Assembly (NCBI GenBank): GCA_045532805.1
Contig: JAZSGQ010000037.1
Coordinates: forward strand, 5,904-69,903
Source: Eubacteriales bacterium
GTDB lineage: Bacteria > Bacillota > Clostridia > Oscillospirales > CAG-272
Length of the DNA stretch: 64,000 nucleotides
Direction of reading: 5' to 3'
A program made the translations under genes and the position numbers. The notes beneath the pieces are model-generated. The model saw nothing but the letters and a program-made list of their open reading frames with translations. It was not told the DNA's origin and did no database searches. Below, in pieces: positions 20,371 through 29,506 of the stretch; the first letter of the stretch is position 1, and every line of letters starts with the position of its first letter.

Positions 20371-23166
20371 ATGGCTAAAGATTATAGCGCATCACTCAAT
20401 CTACCGAACACCACCTTCGCTATGCGTGCGGAGCTTCCCAAGCGCGAGCCGCTGATGCTTGAATACTGGGAAAATCTGGGGCTCTATGAGCGTATGCTCA
20501 AGGGTGCCGAGGGGAAACCCACCTTCCTTCTGCACGATGGCCCTCCCTTCTCCAACGGCAACATTCACATGGGTACGGCGCTCAACAAGATCCTCAAGGA
20601 TTTCATCAACAAGTCCCGTTCCATGATGGGCTTTTGCGTGCCCTACGTGCCCGGCTGGGATAACCACGGTATGCCGATCGAGAGCGCGATCATCAAAAAG
20701 AACAAGATCGACCGCAAGAAGATGTCGATTCCCGAATTCCGCAACGCTTGCCACGCCTTTGCACAGAACTTTGTGGACGTGCAGATGGGGCAGTTCAAGC
20801 GCCTTGGCGTTTCGGGCGACTGGAAGAATCCTTACCTCACCATGTCCCCCGACTTTGAGGCACGCGAGGTGCGTGTGTTCGGCGAGATGTACCGCAAGGG
20901 CTACATCTACAAGGGCCTCAAGCCCGTTTATTGGTGCCCCAAGGACGAGACGGCTCTGGCCGAGGCAGAGATCGAGTACCGCACCGATCCCTGCACCTCG
21001 ATCTTCGTCAAGTTCCGTCTGGTGGACGACGGCGGCAAACTGAAAGGCGTTTGCGACCTGCAAAACACCTTTGTGGTGATCTGGACGACCACCACCTGGA
21101 CGCTGCCCGGCAACCTTGCCATTGCCCTGAACCCCGTGGAGACCTACGTGGTGGTGCGTGCGGGCAACGAATGCTATATCGTGGCCGAGGCACTGTGTGA
21201 AAAGACCATGCAAGCAGGCGGTATTTCCGACTACGAGATCCTTGCGCGTATGGCGGGCAAGGAGTTTGAGTTTATGAAGGCGGCACACCCCTTCCTTGAC
21301 CGTGAATCCGTACTGGTGAACGCCGATTACGTTACCATGGAAAGCGGCACGGGCTGTGTGCACACCGCTCCCGGTTTCGGTGCGGACGATTACCAGACCT
21401 GCCGTCGCTACAACATTGATATCATCGTACCCGTGGACGACCGCGGCTACCAGACCGCAGACGCGGGCAAGTTTGCAGGCATGCGCTATGACGAATCCAA
21501 CGTGGCGATCCTGGACGATCTGCGCACGAGCGGCGCGCTGTTTGCTTCGGAGGAGATCGAGCACGAGTATCCTCACTGCTGGCGTTGCAAGGCCCCCATC
21601 ATCTTCCGCGCGACGCCCCAGTGGTTCTGCTCGGTCGACGCCTTCAAGAACGAGGCGGTCGAGGCGTGCGAGAACGTGGAGTGGCTCCCCGAGTGGGGTG
21701 GTGAGCGCATCAAGTCCATGGTGCGCGAGCGCGCCGACTGGTGCATCTCCCGTCAGCGTCACTGGGGTCTGCCCATTCCCGTATTCTACTGCGGGGATTG
21801 CGGTAAGCCCGTTTGCAACGAGGACTCCATCAACGCCGTATCCGCACTCTTTGCCGAGCGTGGCTCCAACGCCTGGTACGAGCTGGAGGCCGCAGACATT
21901 CTGCCCGGCGGCTTCACTTGCCCCCACTGCGGCGGCAAGCACTTCACCAAGGAGACCGACACACTGGACGGTTGGTTTGACTCGGGCTCCAGCCACTTCT
22001 ACGTACTGGAGGGCCGCGAGGGTCATTACTTCCCCTCCGATGTCTATCTGGAGGGTGCCGACCAGTACCGCGGTTGGTTCCAGTCCTCCCTGCTCACCGC
22101 CGTTGGCGCGAAGGGTGAGGGTGCTCCCTACAGGACCGTACTGACGCACGGTTGGGTCGTGGACGGCGAGGGCAAGGCGATGCACAAGTCGCTTGGCAAC
22201 TCGATTGCCCCCGAGGAAATGATCGTGAAGTACGGCGCGGATCTGGTGCGTCTGTGGGTCGCTTCCAGTGACTATCACGTGGACGTGCGCGCTTCGGACG
22301 CCATCTTCAAGCAGCTCTCCGACGCATACCGCAAGATTCGTAATACGGCACGCTTCCTTCTGGCCGACCTGTATGACTTCAACCCCGATACCGATGCACT
22401 TCCCTTCGAGGAACTGTACGACATCGACAAGTGGATCATCGCGGATATGAACGATCTCGTGAAGACCGCACGCGAGGCCTACAACAGTTACGAGTTCCAC
22501 ACCATCTATCACGAGCTTTGCAACTTCTGCACCGTGGAGCTCTCCAAGCTTTACATTGACATCACAAAGGATCGCGTCTATGCAGAGGGTGCCGACTCGA
22601 AGGCACGCCGTGCGGCACAGACCGCGATGTACCACGTCGTCAGTTCGATGACGCGTATGATGGCACCTCTGCTTGCCTTCACCTCCGAGGAGATCTGGCA
22701 GGCAATGCCTCACCGTGCCACCGACGTAAAGGAGAGCGTATTCCTCAACGATATGCCCGACTTCGACGAGACCCTCTGCTTCCCCGAGGTCACCGCGCGC
22801 TACAACGCCCTGTTTGAGTTGCGCGAGAGCGTGATGAAGGCCCTGGAGGGTGCACGCGCCGAGAAGCGCATCGGCAAGTCGCTGGACGCCGCCGTTACGG
22901 TCTTTACCGAGAACGAAGAGGCGTACGCACTGCTGGATTCCTTCCGTGACGAACTGCCCACGCTCTTTATCGTGTCGCAGGTCGATCTTGTGAAGGGTGC
23001 CGCTCCCGCTGATGCTGTAGTCGAGGAGGACGCCGTGGTCGGCGTCACGGTCAGCGCCGCACGCGGCGAGAAGTGCGACCGTTGCTGGAACTACAACGAA
23101 AACGCCTTCCACGACGAGGAGGGCGGTTGCCTGTGTCCCCGTTGCCGCAAGGTGCTCGGACTTTGA
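20371..23166 (+). CDS. ileS: isoleucine--tRNA ligase
   Basis: 931 aa; HMGTALNK (HIGH), KMHKSLGN (KMSKS), C-terminal Zn-finger CDRCW...CPRC. Confidence 0.95.
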   Translation: MAKDYSASLNLPNTTFAMRAELPKREPLMLEYWENLGLYERMLKGAEGKPTFLLHDGPPFSNGNIHMGTALNKILKDFINKSRSMMGFCVPYVPGWDNHGMPIESAIIKKNKIDRKKMSIPEFRNACHAFAQNFVDVQMGQFKRLGVSGDWKNPYLTMSPDFEAREVRVFGEMYRKGYIYKGLKPVYWCPKDETALAEAEIEYRTDPCTSIFVKFRLVDDGGKLKGVCDLQNTFVVIWTTTTWTLPGNLAIALNPVETYVVVRAGNECYIVAEALCEKTMQAGGISDYEILARMAGKEFEFMKAAHPFLDRESVLVNADYVTMESGTGCVHTAPGFGADDYQTCRRYNIDIIVPVDDRGYQTADAGKFAGMRYDESNVAILDDLRTSGALFASEEIEHEYPHCWRCKAPIIFRATPQWFCSVDAFKNEAVEACENVEWLPEWGGERIKSMVRERADWCISRQRHWGLPIPVFYCGDCGKPVCNEDSINAVSALFAERGSNAWYELEAADILPGGFTCPHCGGKHFTKETDTLDGWFDSGSSHFYVLEGREGHYFPSDVYLEGADQYRGWFQSSLLTAVGAKGEGAPYRTVLTHGWVVDGEGKAMHKSLGNSIAPEEMIVKYGADLVRLWVASSDYHVDVRASDAIFKQLSDAYRKIRNTARFLLADLYDFNPDTDALPFEELYDIDKWIIADMNDLVKTAREAYNSYEFHTIYHELCNFCTVELSKLYIDITKDRVYAEGADSKARRAAQTAMYHVVSSMTRMMAPLLAFTSEEIWQAMPHRATDVKESVFLNDMPDFDETLCFPEVTARYNALFELRESVMKALEGARAEKRIGKSLDAAVTVFTENEEAYALLDSFRDELPTLFIVSQVDLVKGAAPADAVVEEDAVVGVTVSAARGEKCDRCWNYNENAFHDEEGGCLCPRCRKVLGL

Positions 23167-23227
23167 TAAAAAAGAAATTGCCGCAGGTGCCTTTCGGCAT
23201 TTGCGGCATTTTTTAAGGAGTAAACTT

Positions 23228-23740
23228 ATGTGGGTTCTTCCCTATCTTTTCATCGCCCTCGGCATTGTCCTCCTGGATCAAGTCAGCAAGTTGCTCGTGC
23301 TCCGTTTTCTGTACGAGGGGCAGTTTGCACTGATCCCGAACGTGCTTCACTTCACCTACGTGGAGAACGATGGCATGGCATTTGGCCTGTTGTCGGATCA
23401 CCGTTGGATCTTTATGGTGCTGTCGGTCATCGGCATCGGGGCGATGTGCTTCTACCTGTACGCATTCGCCAAGACGCGGTGCTCGCGCATCGCGCTTTCC
23501 CTCATCATCGCGGGCGGTATTGGCAATATGATCGACCGCGTGCGCCTCGGGTTTGTGGTAGATTTCATTGATTTCTGCGCCTTTCCGCAGTTGTGGAGTT
23601 GGGTGTTCAATATCGCCGACGCAGCGGTCTGCATCGGGGCGGCACTGTTCGCATTCGACCTGATCCGCGAGGCGGTGGGTGAACTGCGCGCGGCGCGGCA
23701 GAAGACAAACGAGGACGGTTCCGATGGCACAAACGCTTGA
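23228..23740 (+). CDS. lspA: lipoprotein signal peptidase
   Basis: Four TM helices, NxGxAFG and GGIGNMIDR..GFVVDF motifs. Confidence 0.85.
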   Translation: MWVLPYLFIALGIVLLDQVSKLLVLRFLYEGQFALIPNVLHFTYVENDGMAFGLLSDHRWIFMVLSVIGIGAMCFYLYAFAKTRCSRIALSLIIAGGIGNMIDRVRLGFVVDFIDFCAFPQLWSWVFNIADAAVCIGAALFAFDLIREAVGELRAARQKTNEDGSDGTNA

Positions 23741-24671
23741 ATCGCGCGTGACGGACGCCGACGTCGGCATCCGTCTTGACGCCTATCTTGCCGCCGCATT
23801 TTCGCTTTCGCGCTCAGGCGCCGAGCGATTGCTCCTGGAGGGACGCGTGACGATTACGGGCGGCAACGCCGCCAAAAATTACCGCCTGCGCGGCGGTGAG
23901 TATATCATGCTCACCCTGCCCGATCCTGTCCCCGCAGAAGCACTCCCCGAGGACATTCCGTTGGATATTGTCTTTGAGGACGCGGACATCGTGGTGGTCA
24001 ACAAGCCCTGCGGTATGGTCGTGCACCCCGCCGCGGGAAATGAGAGCGGCACGCTTGTGAACGCCCTTTTGCACCATTGCAAAGGGAGTTTGTCGGGCGT
24101 AGGCGGCGTAGAGCGCCCGGGCATCGTCCACCGCATCGACAAGGACACCTCGGGACTTTTGGTGGTTGCCAAGAACGACACCGCACACGTGGCGCTTTCG
24201 GAGCAACTCAAAACGCACACCGTGAGCAGAGTCTACCACGCCATTACCGTGGGCAACTTGCGCGAGGATCGCGGCACGGTGCACGCGCCCATCGGGCGTC
24301 ACCCCGTGGATCGCAAGCGTATGGCCATTACCCGCCGAGAGGGCGAGGGGCGCGATGCCATCACCCATTATGAGGTGCTGGAGCGCTTCGGCGCTTTCAC
24401 GCACGTGCGCTGTCAGTTGGAAACGGGGCGCACGCACCAGATCCGCGTGCACATGGCGTCGCTCGGTCACCCGCTTCTCGGCGATCCCGTTTACGGCGGG
24501 GACGGCACAAGATTTGAGGTGCATCACCGCAAACTGTTTCACGGACAGTGCCTGCACGCAGGCGAACTTTCCCTCATACACCCGCGCACGGGCGAGCCGA
24601 TGCACTTTGAAGCCCCCCTGCCCGAAGACTTTTCCGCCATTCTAGACATTTTGCGCCGAGAATTGACGTAA
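23724..24671 (+). CDS. rluD: RluA-family 23S rRNA pseudouridine synthase (RluD type)
   Basis: N-terminal S4 domain, HRIDKDTSGLLVVAK catalytic motif, HQIRVH. Confidence 0.85.
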   Translation: MAQTLESRVTDADVGIRLDAYLAAAFSLSRSGAERLLLEGRVTITGGNAAKNYRLRGGEYIMLTLPDPVPAEALPEDIPLDIVFEDADIVVVNKPCGMVVHPAAGNESGTLVNALLHHCKGSLSGVGGVERPGIVHRIDKDTSGLLVVAKNDTAHVALSEQLKTHTVSRVYHAITVGNLREDRGTVHAPIGRHPVDRKRMAITRREGEGRDAITHYEVLERFGAFTHVRCQLETGRTHQIRVHMASLGHPLLGDPVYGGDGTRFEVHHRKLFHGQCLHAGELSLIHPRTGEPMHFEAPLPEDFSAILDILRRELT

Positions 24672-24701
24672 GTCCAAATCCTCGGTTAAGGAGTTATACT
24701 A

Positions 24702-25559
24702 ATGTTTGATTTTTCCCGTTATCTGATTGCAAGCGATATCGACGGCACCTTTTTGGCCCCGGGTAGCTTGCCCGTAGAACGCAATTACCGAGCACTGGAG
24801 CGCTTCCGCGCGGGCGGTGGTCTTTTCACACTCGCCACGGGACGGATCCCCCACACCATGGATCCTCACGTACCCTTCATTCGTGAAACCCTGAATGCCC
24901 CCGCCGTCGTCTGCAACGGCATTTTCCTTTATGATTTTGAAACCGACGTGGCCTCCTTCGAGTCTATGCTCACGCGCGAAGAGGCCGAGGAGCTTCTGGC
25001 GTTTTTCCGCGCGAATAAGGGTGATGCCGCCATTCAGATCTCCACCCGTAAGGGTATGTTTTTTGACAAAGGCACCGAGGCCATTTTGCGTTATATCGCT
25101 CCCTGCAGACCCGGCACGGCGGGCGTGTGCGACCCCGCTACGTGGCCGCTTGGCGACGCGTATAAATTCGCCATTCACGGTACGCCCGAGAACATCGCGG
25201 CATTGCGCGTGCTCACCGAGCAACGCTTTGGCAACCGCTTTGAGATCACCACGTCGAGCAATCATCTACTGGAGGTCCAGCATCTGGGCTGTACCAAGGC
25301 CACAGGCCTTGCGCATCTGCGCCGCATCACAGCGGACAAGGGTGAGCGGATCCTGATCGCATGCGGCGACTATGAAAACGATCTTGCTATGCTCGCGGCG
25401 GCGGACATCGCCGTTTGCCCCTCCAATGCACACCCCGCCGTCAAGGCGATCGCAGACTACGAGTTTTGCTCGTGCGGTGAGGGCCTGATCGCGGACATCA
25501 TCGAGAAGATCGAGGCGGGCGAACTAAAGATCAAGCGAAATAAGGAGAAAACGGTATGA
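24702..25559 (+). CDS. Cof-type HAD-IIB phosphatase
   Basis: IASDIDGTF motif I, TGR, GDYENDLAML motif. Confidence 0.75.
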   Translation: MFDFSRYLIASDIDGTFLAPGSLPVERNYRALERFRAGGGLFTLATGRIPHTMDPHVPFIRETLNAPAVVCNGIFLYDFETDVASFESMLTREEAEELLAFFRANKGDAAIQISTRKGMFFDKGTEAILRYIAPCRPGTAGVCDPATWPLGDAYKFAIHGTPENIAALRVLTEQRFGNRFEITTSSNHLLEVQHLGCTKATGLAHLRRITADKGERILIACGDYENDLAMLAAADIAVCPSNAHPAVKAIADYEFCSCGEGLIADIIEKIEAGELKIKRNKEKTV

Positions 25560-26206
25560 GTTATCGCGTTGCATTGTTCGATCTGGACGGCACGGTCTTG
25601 GATACGTTGGACGACCTCACTGCGGCTGTGAACCACGCGCTCGCGCGCGAGGGCTTTCCCACGCACACAAGAGAAAACGTGTGCGCCTTTGTCGGCAACG
25701 GCATCGGCAAACTGATCGAACGCGCCATACCGAGTGGCACCGACGAGGCAACCGCCGCGCGCGTGCTTGATGAGTTCAAGCGCTACTACGCCGCACACTG
25801 TGCCGTACATACACGCCCTTATGAGGGGATCCTGCCGATGCTTTGCGCACTGCGCGAGGCGGGCGTGAAGACCGCCCTTGTTTCCAATAAGGCGGATTTT
25901 GCCGTGCAGGCACTGGCAAAGGACTATTTTGAGGATCTGTTTGACGTGGCCCTCGGCGAACGGGCGGATATACCCCGCAAACCCGCACCCGATATGGTGC
26001 ATCACGTGCTAGCACAACTCGGCGCTGATAAAGAGGACGCCGTGTTCATCGGCGACTCCGATGTGGACGTGTTCACCGCAAACAACGCAGGCCTTCCCTG
26101 CATCGGTGTCACCTGGGGCTTCCGTAACGAACCCTGCCTTCGCGCCGCAGGCGCTTCGTGCTTTGCGCACACCCCCGACGAGCTGCTCTCACTGATCCTG
26201 CAGTAA
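25556..26206 (+). CDS. HAD-IA hydrolase (phosphoglycolate-phosphatase-like)
   Basis: LFDLDGTVLDT, VSNK, GDSDVDV motifs. Confidence 0.75.
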   Translation: MSYRVALFDLDGTVLDTLDDLTAAVNHALAREGFPTHTRENVCAFVGNGIGKLIERAIPSGTDEATAARVLDEFKRYYAAHCAVHTRPYEGILPMLCALREAGVKTALVSNKADFAVQALAKDYFEDLFDVALGERADIPRKPAPDMVHHVLAQLGADKEDAVFIGDSDVDVFTANNAGLPCIGVTWGFRNEPCLRAAGASCFAHTPDELLSLILQ

Positions 26207-26210
26207 AAAT

Positions 26211-26246
26211 AAAAAAGAGGCGAGCCGCGCTCGCCTCTTTTTTATT
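26211..26246. terminator. bidirectional terminator between the HAD gene and secG
   Basis: AAAAAAGAGGCGAG-CCGCG-CTCGCCTCTTTTTT hairpin. Confidence 0.7.
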
Positions 26247-26247
26247 C

Positions 26248-26499
26248 TCAATAGAACTTTGCGATCAGTACGTAGGAAACGACCACCAGCACGGTGAAGA
26301 TGATTGCCACCACCGTCGTGAGGATCGCGATGATTCTGTCGCGGGACTTACCCTTGTTCTGACCGTAGTAGGTGTCAGTGCCGCCGCCGATCGTGCCGGA
26401 CAGACGCTTGTCCTTGCCGGACTGCATCAGCACAACCACCAGCAGGAAAATGGCCATAACGACCAGAGCAATACCCATAATCCATTCCAGAGCTCCCAT
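26248..26499 (-). CDS. secG: preprotein translocase subunit SecG
   Basis: 83-aa two-helix protein with the LLQSGK(G/D) motif; start at ATG 26499 behind GGAGG. Confidence 0.8.
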   Translation of the reverse strand: MGALEWIMGIALVVMAIFLLVVVLMQSGKDKRLSGTIGGGTDTYYGQNKGKSRDRIIAILTTVVAIIFTVLVVVSYVLIAKFY

Positions 26500-26649
26500 G
26501 ATAAACCTCCTAAAACAAGAATACCAGGGCAAAGCCCCGTAAATATACATCATGTAGAGATATTTTACCACAAATCAAAGCAAATTGCAATAGCCCAAGC
26601 AAAAAATTTTATTTTTTCTTTTTCGCACCAAATTCCGCGCCACCGCATC

Positions 26650-26678
26650 TTGACTTTACCTCCCTTCTGTGGTAAGAT
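26650..26678 (+). promoter_or_regulatory. sigma-A type promoter upstream of the tRNA-Ser remnant
   Basis: TTGACT - 17 nt - TAAGAT, about 25 nt upstream of the first tRNA-Ser-identical block. Confidence 0.5.
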
Positions 26679-26702
26679 ATTAGATGCTCGCAAGCACCGT
26701 TC

Positions 26703-26851
26703 GGAGGGTTATCGAAGCGGGGACGTTGCCGAGCGCTGCCGGTGGCAGATCAAGCGAGGCATAAGGAGTGGCAGCGGTCGAAATTTTGTGAACGAGAGTG
26801 AGCAAAAAATTTCGGGCACCGCAACAGGACATAACGAGGCGGTCTTGAAAA
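26703..26851 (+). pseudogene. split copy of the 5' half of tRNA-Ser(UGA)
   Basis: 26703-26717 is identical to tRNA nt 1-15 and 26830-26851 is identical to the D-loop 3' side through the anticodon loop (22 nt). The blocks are separated by 112 nt instead of 4, and no T-arm or acceptor 3' strand follows. Confidence 0.6.
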
Positions 26852-27169
26852 TTTGCAGTCGCGAGTTTCTGCAAATGCTCAAAATCCCTTGCTACGCTTG
26901 ATGTTTTCGCCCTTCGGACGATGCAGAAAAATATTCCTTCTAAAACTTTTTCTAAAAAATTCGCAAATCTAAAAACTTAATAAAAATGTTCACAGTATGC
27001 ATCACGGAGAGTTATTTCGCCTTTGGCGAAGATACCCACACCCTGCGCCTGACAAGCGAGCTTGTCGATCTTCGGGTGGGGTATGCGAAGTGGATTCGAC
27101 GAACAGAGTTCGCCGAGCCGCATCTCAGAAGCTCCGTAAATATGATGCACGCTGTTGCATCATATTTAC

Positions 27170-27258
27170 GGAGGGTTATCGAAGTGGTCATAACGAGGCG
27201 GTCTTGAAAACCGTTTGCCTTCACGGGCGCGTGAGTTCGAATCTCACACCCTCCGCCA
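27170..27258 (+). tRNA. tRNA-Ser (anticodon UGA)
   Basis: Hand-folded class II cloverleaf: acceptor GGAGGGT/ACCCTCC, anticodon loop CTTGAAA, long variable arm, T-arm GTGAG-TTCGAAT-CTCAC, encoded CCA. Confidence 0.9.
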
Positions 27259-27384
27259 AAAAGCCACAAGGATAATTTCTTGTGGCTTTTTCTTAAAAAT
27301 TGAGACAAGGTGAGACTAACTGATACTGTTTGAGACTGATATCTATAGTATAATATACCTACCAAAGACAAAGGAGGAATATAA

Positions 27385-27936
27385 ATGTCTTTTATAGAAA
27401 AGCTTTTGGAATTTTTTATGCCATGGAAAAGCTCCAAATGGGTGATGTGGAAAGCTTGCCTTGATTTAAAAACATGCGTAGAATGTAAAGAATTACATGG
27501 CAAAATCTTTCCTACAGAGGATGTTGGAAAAATGGTTCGGTGGCCTATGCATCAGTATTGTCGTTGCACTCTTGACGGAATGGACGTTCTTCCTGCCGGA
27601 TATGCAACTCAAGACGGACTAAACGGCGCTGACTATTGGCTCACACACAAAGGAAAATTGCCTGAAAACTATCTGACAAAAAAGGAAGCAAGAAAAATTG
27701 GTTGGAAAGATAAAAAGGGTAATTTGGCAGATGTTGCAAATGGTAAAATAATCGGCGGTGATGTTTATCAAAACAAAGATGGAAGATTACCACAGGCAAA
27801 TGGGCGTATATGGTACGAAGCAGATATTAATTACACGTCCGGATATCGTGGAACCGAACGTATTTTGTATTCTAACGATGGATTGGTTTTTGTAACATAC
27901 GACCATTACCAAACATTTTATGAAATTTCAGATTAA
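27385..27936 (+). CDS. MuF-motif / barnase-family ribonuclease toxin
   Basis: N-terminal W..C.D..TC.EC..LHGKIF....P.H..CRC (Phage_Mu_F core). C-terminal half colinear with barnase (YLTKKEARKIGW..KGNLADV..GKIIGGDVYQNKDGRLP....WYEADINY.SGYRG.ERILYSNDGL...TYDHYQTF). Confidence 0.75.
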   Translation: MSFIEKLLEFFMPWKSSKWVMWKACLDLKTCVECKELHGKIFPTEDVGKMVRWPMHQYCRCTLDGMDVLPAGYATQDGLNGADYWLTHKGKLPENYLTKKEARKIGWKDKKGNLADVANGKIIGGDVYQNKDGRLPQANGRIWYEADINYTSGYRGTERILYSNDGLVFVTYDHYQTFYEISD

Positions 27937-27947
27937 GGAGTAAGAAT

Positions 27948-28274
27948 ATGTATCAATTTAAGGAACTGTATACATTAGACTTTTCAAAGGTTAATTATAT
28001 AAATGAAGTCCATCAAATAATCAAAGATGAACTTGATTTTCCTGATTATTATGGTATGAATTGGTCTGCTTTTTGGGATTGCTTGACAGATATGGTAGGT
28101 GATCCTATTCATATTGAAATTGTCGGTATGGAAACGGTACAGCGTAAATTTCCTCGCCATGCACAAATCATGTTAGAAACATTAAAGGATTTGAAGCATT
28201 TGGATGATGACGATTACAAAGATCAAATAAGAATAGAGATTGTCATAGGCGAAGCACGATATGAAATTAGCTAA
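27948..28274 (+). CDS. barstar-family ribonuclease inhibitor
   Basis: 108 aa, LDFPDYYGMNWSAFWDCLTD motif typical of barstar; 11 nt after the toxin gene. Confidence 0.8.
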   Translation: MYQFKELYTLDFSKVNYINEVHQIIKDELDFPDYYGMNWSAFWDCLTDMVGDPIHIEIVGMETVQRKFPRHAQIMLETLKDLKHLDDDDYKDQIRIEIVIGEARYEIS

Positions 28275-28278
28275 ACAA

Positions 28279-28862
28279 CTATTTTGTTGCTTGAAATTTC
28301 AATATTACATTTTCATGCCACCCCGATTTCTGCGTATTCTTAAACGCCTTATCGGTGGCGAGGTAGTTAATGATGCTCTGCTTTGAGATGTAGTACTTGC
28401 CCATTATGGCGACTGCGTATATGTATTTTCTCTGCACGTACCGAAGGATTGTTCTTCGGTGGTAACCTGTCAGCTCGGCGACCTCGTCCACGGTGAGTGT
28501 ATCGGGTACGGCAGAAAGAAGATCTTCGAGCATTTCCTTGAACCGCGCTCGCTCCTTGCCTCGGAGCTTATAATTCGTATCATCAAAATAACCCCCACAG
28601 TCCGAGTCAGGCGACTCGGTTCTGCGAGGGTTATTTGTCTTTTTGGCGTTGAAAATACCGACGGGGATTTCTTTCCGCTTCTCGCGGTCACTCTTTGCCA
28701 TGTAGGCGAGAACGTCCTCCTTTCTGATAGAATATTTGTGCGTTGGCGTGTTGCGAATCTCGCACGGAATAATGCCATTCTGCAGCATCCACGCCGCCTT
28801 GCGTTTGCTGATGTGGAGCATCTTAACAAGCAGAAAAGAATAATGGTTGTAAGTTTTTTCAT
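28279..28862 (-). pseudogene. double-HTH (excisionase/MerR-like) DNA-binding gene with a frameshift just after its start codon
   Basis: Two HTH units (LLVKMLHISKRKAAWMLQNGIIP; LTVDEVAELTGYHRRTILRYV). The only RBS-backed ATG (28862, AAGGAG) is out of frame by one nt across an A6 run (28854-28859). Confidence 0.55.
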
Positions 28863-28889
28863 GTTGTTTCTCCTTTACCAATAGGGGAT

Positions 28890-29277
28890 TTATATTTTAC
28901 TTTCAAGATATGTAAGCATATTCTTTATAACACCGTCTGCTATGGTTTTCCAATCGAACCCTTCGACGAATTTGATTGCTTCGTCGATCTTCTTTCTCGG
29001 AATCTCATAGAGAAGAAAGGTGTTTTCAAGGAATGCTCTGACTTTTCTGTCCATCGTGAAGTAAATTCCGCAAGATCTTGTCATATAGTTACGCATGATG
29101 CCTGCCGAAGCAAGCTCCTTGTCGTAAAACTCTCCCTGCGTGTAGTCGGTATATTTCTCTTTGAATATATCTGCGAGGATGAGCGTTATCTTCTCGTAGA
29201 TGATATTCGATGAAACTGTTGCGAATAGGAAAGCGAGTACAGTTCTCTCATGTGATAGGCGGGGTAAACACCGTCAG
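28890..29277 (-). pseudogene. startless ORF fragment, unknown function
   Basis: Open frame of about 129 codons whose only start codon is the internal ATG at 29096; its upstream part overlaps the 3' end of the MmcQ-like gene in another frame. Confidence 0.3.
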
Positions 29278-29506
29278 CCACACCAAAAGATCCATACATC
29301 TCTGTCGGTAATTTCAGATTAACAACGCCGATCACCTCGTCGCTGTCAAACCCAAACTTACGCCGTGAAACCCTCATCTCAAGCGCATACCACTTGCGAT
29401 TATCCGCGTGCCTCAGCACCGCCGTCTCAACATCCTCGTCAAACGGATAGTCCGGCGATGTGCCGTATGTATCAAGGCAACATTCAAGAAATTCTTGTTT
29501 TGTCAT
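29186..29506 (-). CDS. MmcQ/YjbR-family protein, C-terminally replaced
   Basis: TYGTSPDYPFDED..AVLRH..NRKWYAL......LG......V.NLK...........G..PAYHM matches the YjbR family, but the expected NK.HW..I.LDG continuation is absent. Confidence 0.55.
   Translation of the reverse strand: MTKQEFLECCLDTYGTSPDYPFDEDVETAVLRHADNRKWYALEMRVSRRKFGFDSDEVIGVVNLKLPTEMYGSFGVADGVYPAYHMRELYSLSYSQQFHRISSTRR

Noticed and set aside
27078-27101. tmRNA-like 5' motif GGGGTATGCGAAGTGGATTCGACG between the tRNA-Ser remnant and tRNA-Ser
   Set aside because: No tag reading frame, no tRNA-Ala-like T-arm and no ...CCACCA 3' end follow. The upstream ATACCCACACC does not give a proper acceptor/CCA for a permuted form either. 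Treated as a chance or relic match pending a covariance-model scan.
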